Source of the DNA: a virus
Taxonomy: Duplodnaviria; Caudoviricetes
Length of the DNA: 60,091 bases
Reading direction: 5' to 3' (one strand)
IMG/VR virus record: IMGVR_UViG_3300046095_000129
Coordinates: 1 to 60,091 of that record
The translations under genes and the position numbers were made by a program. Below the pieces are notes generated by a model. That model did no database searches, was not told where the DNA came from, and worked only from the letters and a program-made list of their open reading frames with translations. Shown here in pieces: positions 8,989 through 17,358 of the stretch; the first letter of the stretch is position 1, and each line of letters opens with the position of its first letter.

Positions 8989-9129
8989 ATGAACGTAGCA
9001 CTTGGAATCATAGGCACGGCTTGCGTGGCCGTTGCCTTGAATCAGCTTGTCCCCGAGGGGATGTGGTTGTGGTTGGGGGTGTTGGGATGGGGATGTTGCA
9101 CCCTCACGCTGGCCTTCGTCTGGGACTAG
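8989..9129 (+). CDS. 46-aa membrane protein (not in ORF track)
   Basis: AGGAG RBS; MNVALGIIGTACVAVALNQLVPEGMWLWLGVLGWGCCTLTLAFVWD has two hydrophobic stretches. Confidence 0.7.
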   Translation: MNVALGIIGTACVAVALNQLVPEGMWLWLGVLGWGCCTLTLAFVWD

Positions 9130-9172
9130 GTACTCTATAGCCCTGTGACAGGGGGCTATGTAGTGCGCTGTT

Positions 9173-9195
9173 AGGGGGAGAACTGTTCTCCCCCT
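9173..9195. repeat. 23-bp palindrome copy 3
   Basis: AGGGGGAGAACTGTTCTCCCCCT. Confidence 0.9.
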
Positions 9196-9217
9196 GAGTG
9201 TCACGTTGGAGAGCATC

Positions 9218-9472
9218 ATGAAATTAGGAACTAAGCATTGGTATCGGGCCAACATCATGGGTGTTGAGTACACAGTCATCCGCAAGCAGCCTTTGCGCAA
9301 TGACCCGTCCTACTGGGTCATCCATGCCGTGAGCGCAGACGGCAGAACAACCCTTCACCACGACAACGACGCATTTTTCAAGTGGGCAGAGAGCGAGGGC
9401 ATGGCCCAACGCTCCGAGAGACGCCCTATGGGCGTGATGAGGGCCGCACTTTTGGATGCTGGTTTGCAGTAA
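9218..9472 (+). CDS. Early hypothetical protein
   Basis: GGAG RBS before ATG 9218 (MKLGTKHWY). Confidence 0.75.
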   Translation: MKLGTKHWYRANIMGVEYTVIRKQPLRNDPSYWVIHAVSADGRTTLHHDNDAFFKWAESEGMAQRSERRPMGVMRAALLDAGLQ

Positions 9473-9482
9473 TCTCGCCCAA

Positions 9483-9831
9483 GGGGGGTGGCCCACCTTT
9501 TTCCTGCAATGTCCAAGACTAATGGGCGCTGTACAGGAAGTGGGCTACCCCTAAGTTGTTGTTCTATAAGCGTTTCCAAAGAGGGGTGTCCTATATATAT
9601 AATTAAATAGATTTACTTTATATATACAGTAATCTTCTTTTATCCATTCGTTCTTTCTTTTGCGTTTGGTTTAAGATAAGATTACAAGGGCTTTGGTTTA
9701 TTTATTTTTGAATGTATACTTGGGACAGGAACCACGCAAACCCTTGTGCCACAAGGGTTTGAAGGTAGCCCACCTCCTGACCGGAGACCTGTAGTCTGGG
9801 ACATCGTTAGACATTTACTGGGCCACCCCCC
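9483..9831. other. Mirror-symmetric AT-rich element, candidate replication origin
   Basis: Three inverted-repeat pairs share a centre near 9656 and surround an AT-rich non-coding core. Confidence 0.5.
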
Positions 9832-9842
9832 ACCCAAAAAGC

Positions 9843-9865
9843 AGCGGGAGAACGGTTCTCCCCCT
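9843..9865. repeat. 23-bp palindrome copy 4
   Basis: AGCGGGAGAACGGTTCTCCCCCT, just upstream of the RBS of ORF 9880. Confidence 0.9.
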
Positions 9866-9879
9866 AAAAAGGAGCCGAT

Positions 9880-10668
9880 ATGGTCGAATCTTACGCAGCG
9901 CTAACGCCAAAAGCGTTAGCAAACCACCTTGCCAAGCGCAAAAAACCCCTTGTGTTGGTGCAGGCGATCCAAGAGCGTGCTGCCCAACAACGTGCGTTCA
10001 AGCGCTCCGACACGGGCACTAGGCGAACGCACAAGGAACTGTGGGGCAACCTGCTGTTCCCCCTGCGTTATGAGCGCAACAACGTGAAGGCTGGCATCAA
10101 GTATGCCGGTGGCGAAGCAAGGGGTGAAGCAATGCGCAGTTATCTCAGTGTGCTGGAGGAACTGCTCTACCGGCTGAACATGCACGCCACAGCCCGTATC
10201 CTGACCCCGCGCCAACTGTGCAAGGAGCGCAACGACTCGGGCCGAGGCGCACACATACCCAATGCGGGAACCCATTGGTCTGATTGGGTTCCGCAGCACA
10301 TCAAACTGAGGGTGTGTGTCCTGTTCGACGCCATTCCCTATAAACAGCGTGCGAAACGCAAGCTACCTTTCCAGCGTGCCATACCCCCGCTGTTGTACAG
10401 CAGGCTGTACGCAGCCCTTGGCTTGCGGACGCAGGGGTTCCTGAGTGCAGCACAGCGCAAGCATGCCGTTGCGCCCACAGAGGAGACAGCAGCCACTGTT
10501 GCAGCCATACAACACGCGCTGGCTGTCCTGAGAGAGTGGCCCCGCAACACAGCCCTGCCCTACGCATGGCAGAGCCTTGCGGCAACGACCAGTATCAAAC
10601 AGAGGGAGAACGGTTCTCCCCCTGCTGAAAGCGGACGACCGCCGCTGAAAGCGGACGACCGCCGCTGA
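9880..10668 (+). CDS. Basic early hypothetical protein
   Basis: 262 aa, AAGGAG RBS; the C-terminus reads through palindrome 5 and the tandem repeats. Confidence 0.8.
   Translation: MVESYAALTPKALANHLAKRKKPLVLVQAIQERAAQQRAFKRSDTGTRRTHKELWGNLLFPLRYERNNVKAGIKYAGGEARGEAMRSYLSVLEELLYRLNMHATARILTPRQLCKERNDSGRGAHIPNAGTHWSDWVPQHIKLRVCVLFDAIPYKQRAKRKLPFQRAIPPLLYSRLYAALGLRTQGFLSAAQRKHAVAPTEETAATVAAIQHALAVLREWPRNTALPYAWQSLAATTSIKQRENGSPPAESGRPPLKADDRR
10601..10623. repeat. 23-bp palindrome copy 5
   Basis: AGAGGGAGAACGGTTCTCCCCCT. Confidence 0.9.
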
Positions 10669-10686
10669 AAGCGGACGACCGCTGAA
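10624..10686 (+). repeat. 20-bp tandem repeat, about 3 copies
   Basis: GCTGAAAGCGGACGACCGCC at 10624 and 10644, a 17-bp copy at 10664, then GCTGAA. Confidence 0.95.
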
Positions 10687-10724
10687 CAACGGGGGGGAAA
10701 CCCCCCATACCAAGGAGAAGTGAC

Positions 10725-11069
10725 ATGGGACTAGACATTCAGATATTGAGCGTACCTCGGGCAATGGCCTTGAAAGCCACCGATGTGCGGCTTGGCTCAC
10801 GCTACGACACGCACCCCCGATGGCAGCAAGTGGCCCACGAGCGCGACAACTGGGACTTGCACGCCTTGCTTGCTGCGCTCTATGCCGAGCGAGGCGGGAC
10901 GCAGGACGAGTTCAACAACACAACGGTGCGCCTGTACAAGCGCGACCTACGCCTGTTCCTTCAGACTTTTGAAGGAACTGTGGCCCCTGCCATTAGCCCA
11001 TCCACGGCAGCGCAGGTTATCGAACACATGAGAAAAGGGCGAGTTGTGTACGCCGAATCTAGTTTTTAA
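10725..11069 (+). CDS. Hypothetical protein (MGLD-start phage family)
   Basis: 114 aa, MGLDI...NWDLH...Y.ESSF pattern; strong RBS. Confidence 0.8.
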   Translation: MGLDIQILSVPRAMALKATDVRLGSRYDTHPRWQQVAHERDNWDLHALLAALYAERGGTQDEFNNTTVRLYKRDLRLFLQTFEGTVAPAISPSTAAQVIEHMRKGRVVYAESSF

Positions 11070-11081
11070 AAGGAGAGTGAG

Positions 11082-11264
11082 ATGAAGACAGTATCAATTG
11101 GCATATTCAACAAAGAGGATGTGTTCACAGCGGTGTGCACCCTGACCAACAACGGGGGGCACATACACCCCGTTGCGTTCGAAGCCCTCGTGGAGAGCAC
11201 AGCGCTGGCCTTGGCTATGCATCTGGGGCAAGAGAGAACCGTAATTATGGAGCAAGGAAAATGA
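11082..11264 (+). CDS. Hypothetical protein
   Basis: AAGGAG RBS, 60 aa. Confidence 0.7.
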   Translation: MKTVSIGIFNKEDVFTAVCTLTNNGGHIHPVAFEALVESTALALAMHLGQERTVIMEQGK

Positions 11265-11377
11265 AGGTGCTACGCAAACTGTTCACGGTCAAGTGCTGTG
11301 AATGCAATGAGGTATGTGTCTGGTGGTGGCAACACCGCTGTGACTTTTGTGATGTAAATGAAGGAGAACTGAAATGA
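11261..11377 (+). CDS. 38-aa Cys-rich protein
   Basis: MKVLRKLFTVKCCECNEVCVWWWQHRCDFCD with two CxxC motifs; ATGA overlaps on both sides. Confidence 0.6.
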   Translation: MKVLRKLFTVKCCECNEVCVWWWQHRCDFCDVNEGELK

Positions 11378-11556
11378 AACCAAACAATGTAAACGAAGCG
11401 CTGGACGGCGTGCATGCACGGCTGATCGCAGCAGGGGCTTATCTGGAGCGCTACTTGCTCAATCCGCAAGACTACTCGCCAGAGCATATCGAGGAAGTTA
11501 AAGACGCTGTGCTTGACGCGCACATGCTGGTGACTTGGATAAAGGACAACATCTGA
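11374..11556 (+). CDS. Hypothetical protein
   Basis: AAGGAG RBS, coupled to the upstream gene. Confidence 0.7.
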   Translation: MKPNNVNEALDGVHARLIAAGAYLERYLLNPQDYSPEHIEEVKDAVLDAHMLVTWIKDNI

Positions 11557-11614
11557 AGTAAGAAACCCGTTGCCGATGCGGTTCCATTGGTGTGTTAGTT
11601 ATCAAGGAAACAAA

Positions 11615-13225
11615 ATGAAAATCTATCTTAGTGATTGTGGAAGTGTGCTCAAGGCACAGATCGTGGACGCCAGCACGCTGGTGCAAGTCACGGGCACGCT
11701 GGACGGGGGCTACAGGGAACTGCGGCACTACATGCCAAAGCCTACGTTCTCCACCCCGGCGTATGGGCCAGAGCATGTACGCATGCTGAAGGCAAACAGC
11801 GGGGATGTCTACGGGCAGATGCTCAGTAGCATGGTGAACCAACTCACGCCGTCAGCAGCATGGCGTATGCGTTCGCTCTCCCGCCGTTGGGCAGACAGGG
11901 ACGACACCCGCTCTCCCACAGCGCACTGTCGTGGGGGCCGCTACCAACTGAGCAACATGGGTGTCTACCGGTTCAAGGCAATGAAAGAGTTGTACCGCGA
12001 ACTCAACGTGCATGTCAAGGCATCCATCCTAGGCGATGCGGATGCGCTAGTCGAGTTCGTTATGGAGCACGATGGGAACGACCTGATAGAAAGGATGTTC
12101 GGCAAGATAGTCGACTTCCTTGATGGACAGGTGGTCTTGGCAGACTGTGGTCACATCAGCCGTACGGATGACATCACAGATGTGCACCGCAGTTCAAGGC
12201 TGTTCAGCACCATGTGCATTGACTGCCGGGGCAACGATGCGGTGTACTGCGAGGATGCTGACGAGTACTACCTTGAGACGCATGCATACCGCCACAGTGA
12301 TGGCGAGTGGTATTCGTACGAAGAAGAGCGGGATGAGGAAGAAGACGAGGAGACTGCACACAACGGGCACTCCATGAGCTACTCCGCAGATGTCTTGCGG
12401 TATGCCTCTGCCGATGGGAGCATCCGCAGTTCCAAGTATGGTGACTTCACGATGGGCATTGAGTTGGAGATGGCTCCGGGGCGTGCGTCTAGGTATGATG
12501 CCATTGAGGATGTGCGGAGCCAGCTTGGGCATGACTACTGCATCATCAAGGACGATGGCAGCATCAGCGGGGTCAATGGCTTTGAGGTAGTGACAGCCCC
12601 CCGTGGTCTGAAGGAGCACATCACACGCTTCAAAGCATGGGATGTCAACAAGTCCTACCGTGCTTGGGATGTGGAGAAGTGCGGCACGCATGTGCACATC
12701 GACTCCCGTGCCTTCACTGAGTTGACTCTGGGCAAGTTCCTCATGTTCATCAACTCCAACAACAACGCCGACTTCATCCGCAATATAGCAGGCAGGCATC
12801 CGCTCAAGGACAGCCAAGCACGGGAGTACTGTGCCAATGAGGAGCAGGGCATCTTGCACAACCCCAAGCAGGCCATCCTTGGCAAGACGGCACAGCGCTA
12901 CTACATGGTGAACCTGAACAACTTGGCGTACGACGAGTCCCAACGCTTGGGGTTCAAGCGTACGTACACAGAGGGCAAGTACAACACGATAGAGCTTCGC
13001 ATCTTCCGCGCCACACTCAAGAAGGAGCGCTTGCTTGCACAGATAGAGTTCACCCACGCCTGTGTGCACTTCTGTCGCAGTGCGAGTTTCCGCGAACTCA
13101 ATGGCACAGAGTTCGTGTCATGGCTCAAGACGACCAACAACACCTACCCACACCTGTCCGATTGGTACGGCACACGCCGCCCCAAGCAGGTTCCCCAATC
13201 TCCCGCACTCGCAACAACTGAATAA
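11615..13225 (+). CDS. Putative amidoligase (COOH-NH2 ligase, Amidoligase_2-like) with N-terminal Cys-rich region
   Basis: GIELEM, KDDGSI, GFEVVTAP, CGTHVHI, RYYMVN and TIELRIF motifs occur in the order typical of the glutamine-synthetase-like amidoligase family. Confidence 0.85.
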   Translation: MKIYLSDCGSVLKAQIVDASTLVQVTGTLDGGYRELRHYMPKPTFSTPAYGPEHVRMLKANSGDVYGQMLSSMVNQLTPSAAWRMRSLSRRWADRDDTRSPTAHCRGGRYQLSNMGVYRFKAMKELYRELNVHVKASILGDADALVEFVMEHDGNDLIERMFGKIVDFLDGQVVLADCGHISRTDDITDVHRSSRLFSTMCIDCRGNDAVYCEDADEYYLETHAYRHSDGEWYSYEEERDEEEDEETAHNGHSMSYSADVLRYASADGSIRSSKYGDFTMGIELEMAPGRASRYDAIEDVRSQLGHDYCIIKDDGSISGVNGFEVVTAPRGLKEHITRFKAWDVNKSYRAWDVEKCGTHVHIDSRAFTELTLGKFLMFINSNNNADFIRNIAGRHPLKDSQAREYCANEEQGILHNPKQAILGKTAQRYYMVNLNNLAYDESQRLGFKRTYTEGKYNTIELRIFRATLKKERLLAQIEFTHACVHFCRSASFRELNGTEFVSWLKTTNNTYPHLSDWYGTRRPKQVPQSPALATTE

Positions 13226-13236
13226 GGATATCAATC

Positions 13237-14271
13237 ATGTGTCTCATCATCACTGGCAAGTCTGCCAAGATTCGCAGCACCCTGCTCAACACAGCCGGGT
13301 TGCTTGACACCATCTACACCTCCAACCCTGACGGGATTGGGCTGATGTACAACACCGCCAAGGGACTCAAGACCGTCAAGGTGTTGCCCAAGTCAGCAGC
13401 GGATGCACGCGCCATCATCAACAAGATACCCAAGGATGCCCGTGAGATGGCAATCCACTTCCGCTGGGCCACACACGGCAAGACAGACTTGCATAACTGT
13501 CACCCGTACGATGTCATACCGGGCTACGTTGCCATGATGCACAACGGCGTGCTGCACACCGGCAATGAGGCTGACAAGGACAAGTCAGACACATGGCACT
13601 TCATCCATGACTACCTGTCGGAGTCGGTGCACATGGCCCCTGAACTGGTGTTCGTTGATGGGTTCCTCGCCATGATCGCGGAGTTCATTGGAGACAATCG
13701 GTTTGTGTTTATGAATGGCGAGGGGCGCATCAGCCATGTCAACAAGGACTCAGGCATTGAGCACGATGGCATGTGGTTCAGCAACACCTACGCATGGAAC
13801 CCGGCACTGCTGATACCCACATACAGAGCACGCGCTGTGTCCTCACGCTACCTTGGGTCATGGAACGTGACCGACACAGACGAGGAAGACTATGGGTACT
13901 ACAGCCGCAGCTTCAACGCGCACAAGCCCATAGCGGCATCGAAGCCGCTCGTTACTGTGGAGGAGATCACCGCGCACCTTGAGTCATACGATGCGCCGGG
14001 TCTGTGTTACCTGCTAGAGGCGTTCCCTAGCACGACCGTGCACCTGCTGTGCAAGAACTTCATCCCAAGCCCCACCTCTGAGGCGTATCGGGATGAGATC
14101 AGCGCGCATGAGACGGCTGTGTACGACATGCTGCTGGAGCAGGACATGACGGGGTTGCTGACCTACATAGCGCACTCTGCGTCCTCCGCTGCCACAGTGG
14201 CGGATGTGATCTGTTACTACCTGAACTGGGAGAGATGCGTGAGCACCCGGCCCAGCGTAGCAGCAGCTTGA
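13237..14271 (+). CDS. Class-II (Ntn) glutamine amidotransferase
   Basis: N-terminal nucleophile MC, NPDGIG, IHFRWATHG, NCHPY, MMHNG, SDT. Confidence 0.9.
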   Translation: MCLIITGKSAKIRSTLLNTAGLLDTIYTSNPDGIGLMYNTAKGLKTVKVLPKSAADARAIINKIPKDAREMAIHFRWATHGKTDLHNCHPYDVIPGYVAMMHNGVLHTGNEADKDKSDTWHFIHDYLSESVHMAPELVFVDGFLAMIAEFIGDNRFVFMNGEGRISHVNKDSGIEHDGMWFSNTYAWNPALLIPTYRARAVSSRYLGSWNVTDTDEEDYGYYSRSFNAHKPIAASKPLVTVEEITAHLESYDAPGLCYLLEAFPSTTVHLLCKNFIPSPTSEAYRDEISAHETAVYDMLLEQDMTGLLTYIAHSASSAATVADVICYYLNWERCVSTRPSVAAA

Positions 14272-14277
14272 CACCCT

Positions 14278-14300
14278 GCCGGGGGAGACCCCGGCTTTTT
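14278..14300 (+). terminator. Intrinsic terminator
   Basis: GCCGGGG-GAGA-CCCCGGC-TTTTT just after the GATase stop. Confidence 0.85.
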
Positions 14301-14318
14301 ACGAAAGGAAAATAAGTT

Positions 14319-14358
14319 TGTCCAAGGCTTGACAAACCGTTTAGATATCGGATACGAT
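14319..14358 (+). promoter_or_regulatory. sigma70 promoter overlapped by TGTC-N8-GACA copy 2
   Basis: TTGACA 14329-14334, 18-bp spacer, TACGAT 14353-14358; TGTCCAAGGCTTGACA at 14319-14334. Confidence 0.7.
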
Positions 14359-14369
14359 AAACCCATAAC

Positions 14370-14392
14370 AGGTGGAGAACGGTTCTCCCCCT
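14370..14392. repeat. 23-bp palindrome copy 6
   Basis: AGGTGGAGAACGGTTCTCCCCCT just downstream of the predicted start site. Confidence 0.9.
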
Positions 14393-14410
14393 AACAATTT
14401 TGGAGAAGCA

Positions 14411-14617
14411 ATGAGTACCAATAAAACACCGTGGACTGAGGTTCTTAAACAATGGGAGCCTTCCGCTGGAAGCGAAGCGGCAACCGCCCCCACAATGGAG
14501 CAACAACTTGCCCCAGCAAGGGAGCAACGACTTGCTACGGCAAGCAACCTACTGATGTCCCTCAACGTGGTTGAGGCGCGTCTTTTGTACGATGAACTCA
14601 AGAAAGTTTTTAACTAA
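14411..14617 (+). CDS. Hypothetical protein
   Basis: GGAGAAGCA-ATG start at 14411. Confidence 0.75.
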   Translation: MSTNKTPWTEVLKQWEPSAGSEAATAPTMEQQLAPAREQRLATASNLLMSLNVVEARLLYDELKKVFN

Positions 14618-14625
14618 GGATTTAT

Positions 14626-15588
14626 ATGGCACACGCATTATCAATACACCAAAACGGGCAAGTCGAGTTTGCCTATCTTGAACAAGACGGCCTGCCTTGG
14701 CACGGCCTTGGTCAGCCGATGCCCGTGGGGGCAAGCATTGACGAGTGGCGCAGCAAGGCGGGTATGGACTGGCGCATCCAGCGCTCTGAGGTGCGGTACA
14801 ACACGAGCCGCACTGAGGAGGTGCTGATGAAGATGCCCGAGCAGCATGTGCTGTTCCGCTCTGACAACCACGAGGCGCTGGGGCTGGTATCCAAGAAGTA
14901 CCAAGTGGTACAGCCCAGTGAGGTGATCGAGTTCTTCCGAGACATCGCCAAGGCCGGGGGTCTGGAGTTGTCTGCGGCAGGGACGATCTATGGGGGCAAG
15001 CGCTTCTGGGCCACAGCCAAGATCGGCGAGGCAAGCCCGACCAGTATTAGAGACAAGATCAGTGGGTTCCTGCTCATCAGCACCAGCGCGGATGGCTCAC
15101 TGGCGACTGAGGTGAGGCGCACAACTGTACGTACGGTGTGCTCCAACACGCTGGCTATGGCGATGGCGGATGCTCATGCGGCTGTGAGAGTCACGCACAA
15201 GTCAGTGTTCGACCCCGCAGCCGTGAAGGAGTTCATGGGACTCAACGAGGCTGCATGGGCTGCGTTCAAGCATCAGGTGGTGCGGCTGGCTAACAAGCCT
15301 GTCGTCCTTGAAGAGGCAGAGCAGCTAACCGCCTTCATACTAGGTGGTGGAGAGAAAGTGCAGGCGACAGCCGGGTACAACAAGATACTCGACCTGTTCC
15401 AAGGCGAGGCCAAGGGGTCTAGTCTTGAGGGTGTGCAGGGCACAGCGTGGGGCTACATCAACGCAGTGACTGAGTACGCCGATTGGTTCTCACGGGCACG
15501 TAGCCAAGAGAACCGCTTCGTGTCCGCACAGTGGGGGCCGGGTGCTGACCTCAAGCAGCGTGCACTGGACGCTGTGTTAGCTGTGTGA
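14626..15588 (+). CDS. DUF932 family phage/plasmid protein
   Basis: MAH...PWHGLG, LGLVSKKYQVVQP, AGTIYGGKRFW, TVRTVCSNTL, GTAWGYINAVTEY. Confidence 0.9.
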   Translation: MAHALSIHQNGQVEFAYLEQDGLPWHGLGQPMPVGASIDEWRSKAGMDWRIQRSEVRYNTSRTEEVLMKMPEQHVLFRSDNHEALGLVSKKYQVVQPSEVIEFFRDIAKAGGLELSAAGTIYGGKRFWATAKIGEASPTSIRDKISGFLLISTSADGSLATEVRRTTVRTVCSNTLAMAMADAHAAVRVTHKSVFDPAAVKEFMGLNEAAWAAFKHQVVRLANKPVVLEEAEQLTAFILGGGEKVQATAGYNKILDLFQGEAKGSSLEGVQGTAWGYINAVTEYADWFSRARSQENRFVSAQWGPGADLKQRALDAVLAV

Positions 15589-15625
15589 TTAACCGGGGGC
15601 TTCGGCCCCCACAACAGGAGAAGCA

Positions 15626-15820
15626 ATGATTACATTTATAAAGAACTACTTTCGCAGACCCACGCCACTGGAGATGGTTGCTAGGGAGTTGGCTGTAGCC
15701 CACCTGTGCAAGCTGGAGGCAGAGACAGCGGTGGACTACGCGGTATCAGTGGTGCGTTACAACGACACACGCATCAAACGGCTAGAGCAACACATCAACA
15801 ACCACAAGGAACAATCATGA
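15626..15820 (+). CDS. Hypothetical protein
   Basis: AGGAGAAGCA-ATG; preceded by a UUCG hairpin. Confidence 0.75.
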   Translation: MITFIKNYFRRPTPLEMVARELAVAHLCKLEAETAVDYAVSVVRYNDTRIKRLEQHINNHKEQS

Positions 15821-16041
15821 GAACAGACAGCGCGGACAAAACAGAGCAGCCGGTTTACATCCTTAACGGGATAACACTGCTACCACATTACACCCTACCG
15901 TGTTTTGTGACGCCCGGCTTCAGCAGCACCACTCCTATGAAGCTGTGGACAGTGAACGAACTGCTGGACGAGGGCGCTGTCAAGAGCACTGCCTTCCTCT
16001 GGCCCCGGCACACCTTGGCAAGCGGAGGCTGGCATGGATGA
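15817..16041 (+). CDS. Hypothetical protein
   Basis: ATGA overlap and AAGGA RBS; start 15817. Confidence 0.65.
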   Translation: MRTDSADKTEQPVYILNGITLLPHYTLPCFVTPGFSSTTPMKLWTVNELLDEGAVKSTAFLWPRHTLASGGWHG

Positions 16042-16159
16042 TGGCGACTATGGTGGGATAGATGAGTTTATGTACTGGGTGACGCTTGTCATCCTGTTCT
16101 TGATGACGACTGTTTTTCTGGGCGCGGTGGCTGGACTTATGTATTGGGCAATGATATGA
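16034..16159 (+). CDS. 41-aa single-pass membrane protein (not in ORF track)
   Basis: GGAGG RBS; MDDGDYGGIDEFMYWVTLVILFLMTTVFLGAVAGLMYWAMI. Confidence 0.65.
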   Translation: MDDGDYGGIDEFMYWVTLVILFLMTTVFLGAVAGLMYWAMI

Positions 16160-16404
16160 ACACCGAAGAAGACGAATTCCGAAGGATCGAACGCGAGGCT
16201 CTGCGCCGAGCAGCGCAGGACGAGGACGACGACACTCAGGTCTACGTGAGTGAGTTCGCCCTGCCACAACTGAGAACCTTCTTGGACAAGTTGAAAGACC
16301 GAATCGTTAAGCGCTATCAAGGTAGCGATAAAGACCAAGACATTGCGTACGGCATGGAGATTGTCTATGTTGATCTGATCGACTTAATTGAGGGGAAGAA
16401 ATGA
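16156..16404 (+). CDS. Hypothetical acidic protein
   Basis: ATGA overlap (MNTEEDEF). Confidence 0.7.
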   Translation: MNTEEDEFRRIEREALRRAAQDEDDDTQVYVSEFALPQLRTFLDKLKDRIVKRYQGSDKDQDIAYGMEIVYVDLIDLIEGKK

Positions 16405-16622
16405 CTAAGCAAGAAATGTTGAAGGCACTAATTGAAGACCTGCGTTTAAATCATGAGTACTGTCCCAAAGAGGGCATCTTGCAGGCGGCAGATGAGTTGG
16501 AAAGAATACAGCAGGGGATTGAAACATTACACGCCATGTACGAACAAGCAAGCCGACAGCGGGATGAGTTGATGGATCAGCAACGAGCGCAGGTTGAGGC
16601 TATGCGAGGGAGGGTGCAATGA
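16401..16622 (+). CDS. Hypothetical coiled-coil protein
   Basis: Coupled by ATGA overlaps. Confidence 0.7.
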   Translation: MTKQEMLKALIEDLRLNHEYCPKEGILQAADELERIQQGIETLHAMYEQASRQRDELMDQQRAQVEAMRGRVQ

Positions 16623-16891
16623 AATACAACGCAGAACAGATTACCTATATGCTGGCTGAAGCCATAGACCAAAACCGTGAGTACAAATCATGGCACTGTA
16701 GTACTCAACACCTGATGGCTCTTGTTGAGAGGGTTGTTGCCGAGGAGCGTGAGGCGTGTGCAAAGGTGTGTGAAGACGAAGCATGGCGCTTAAAAAAGCT
16801 GGCTGTAGACACGAATAGCAGTAGCACCAACTCAAAAGCAATACAGGCAAGCAACGATACTGACGCCATCCGAGCAAGGGGAAACACATGA
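16619..16891 (+). CDS. Hypothetical protein (EREACAKVC...AIRARG module)
   Basis: Module common in proteobacterial phage small-gene clusters. Confidence 0.75.
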   Translation: MKYNAEQITYMLAEAIDQNREYKSWHCSTQHLMALVERVVAEEREACAKVCEDEAWRLKKLAVDTNSSSTNSKAIQASNDTDAIRARGNT

Positions 16892-17358
16892 CCAACAGAA
16901 AAATTATGCAGCAGGCGCTGGAGTGCATTGAGCGCCTCAACGCGCACGGCTGGATATTGGCAGACTTTGAGGATGAGGTTTATGCAGCCATCACCGCCTT
17001 GAAAGCCGCACTAGAGCAGCCAGAGCAGGAGCCTGTGGCGATAGTGACAAGTGAGACAGGCAACCCGGACATAACAATGTCTTGGTGGCATGAGCCTGCA
17101 TTGCCAATGGGCACAAAACTCTACACGCAACCACCCGCAGCACAGCCAGAGCCGCCACCCGAAAAGGAATGGGTTTACGGCACACCCCTGTTGGATGCCA
17201 TGACTCAGGACTATGTGCCAGCACAGCGCCCGTGGGTAGGGCTGACTGATGAGGAAATAAAAGAAATCGTTGGGCCTTATGGGGACACGCCTGTTAAGGG
17301 CTACACCCGCCAACTGTTTGACCAAATTGAAGCTAAGTTACGGGAGAAAAATCAATGA
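16888..17358 (+). CDS. Mosaic hypothetical protein (QEPVA and RPWVGLT modules)
   Basis: 156 aa, translationally coupled. Confidence 0.75.
   Translation: MTNRKIMQQALECIERLNAHGWILADFEDEVYAAITALKAALEQPEQEPVAIVTSETGNPDITMSWWHEPALPMGTKLYTQPPAAQPEPPPEKEWVYGTPLLDAMTQDYVPAQRPWVGLTDEEIKEIVGPYGDTPVKGYTRQLFDQIEAKLREKNQ

Noticed and set aside
8435-14392. CRISPR array formed by the palindromic repeats
   Set aside because: Spacing is irregular (about 280-3,770 bp) with whole genes in between, and there is no cas operon.
8435-14392. LexA/SOS boxes or N4-type virion RNA polymerase hairpin promoters
   Set aside because: GAAC-N1-GTTC spacing does not match GAAC-N4-GTTC, CTGT-N8-ACAG or GTTC-N7-GTTC, and I found no RNA polymerase motifs in the giant protein; sigma70 promoters are present instead.
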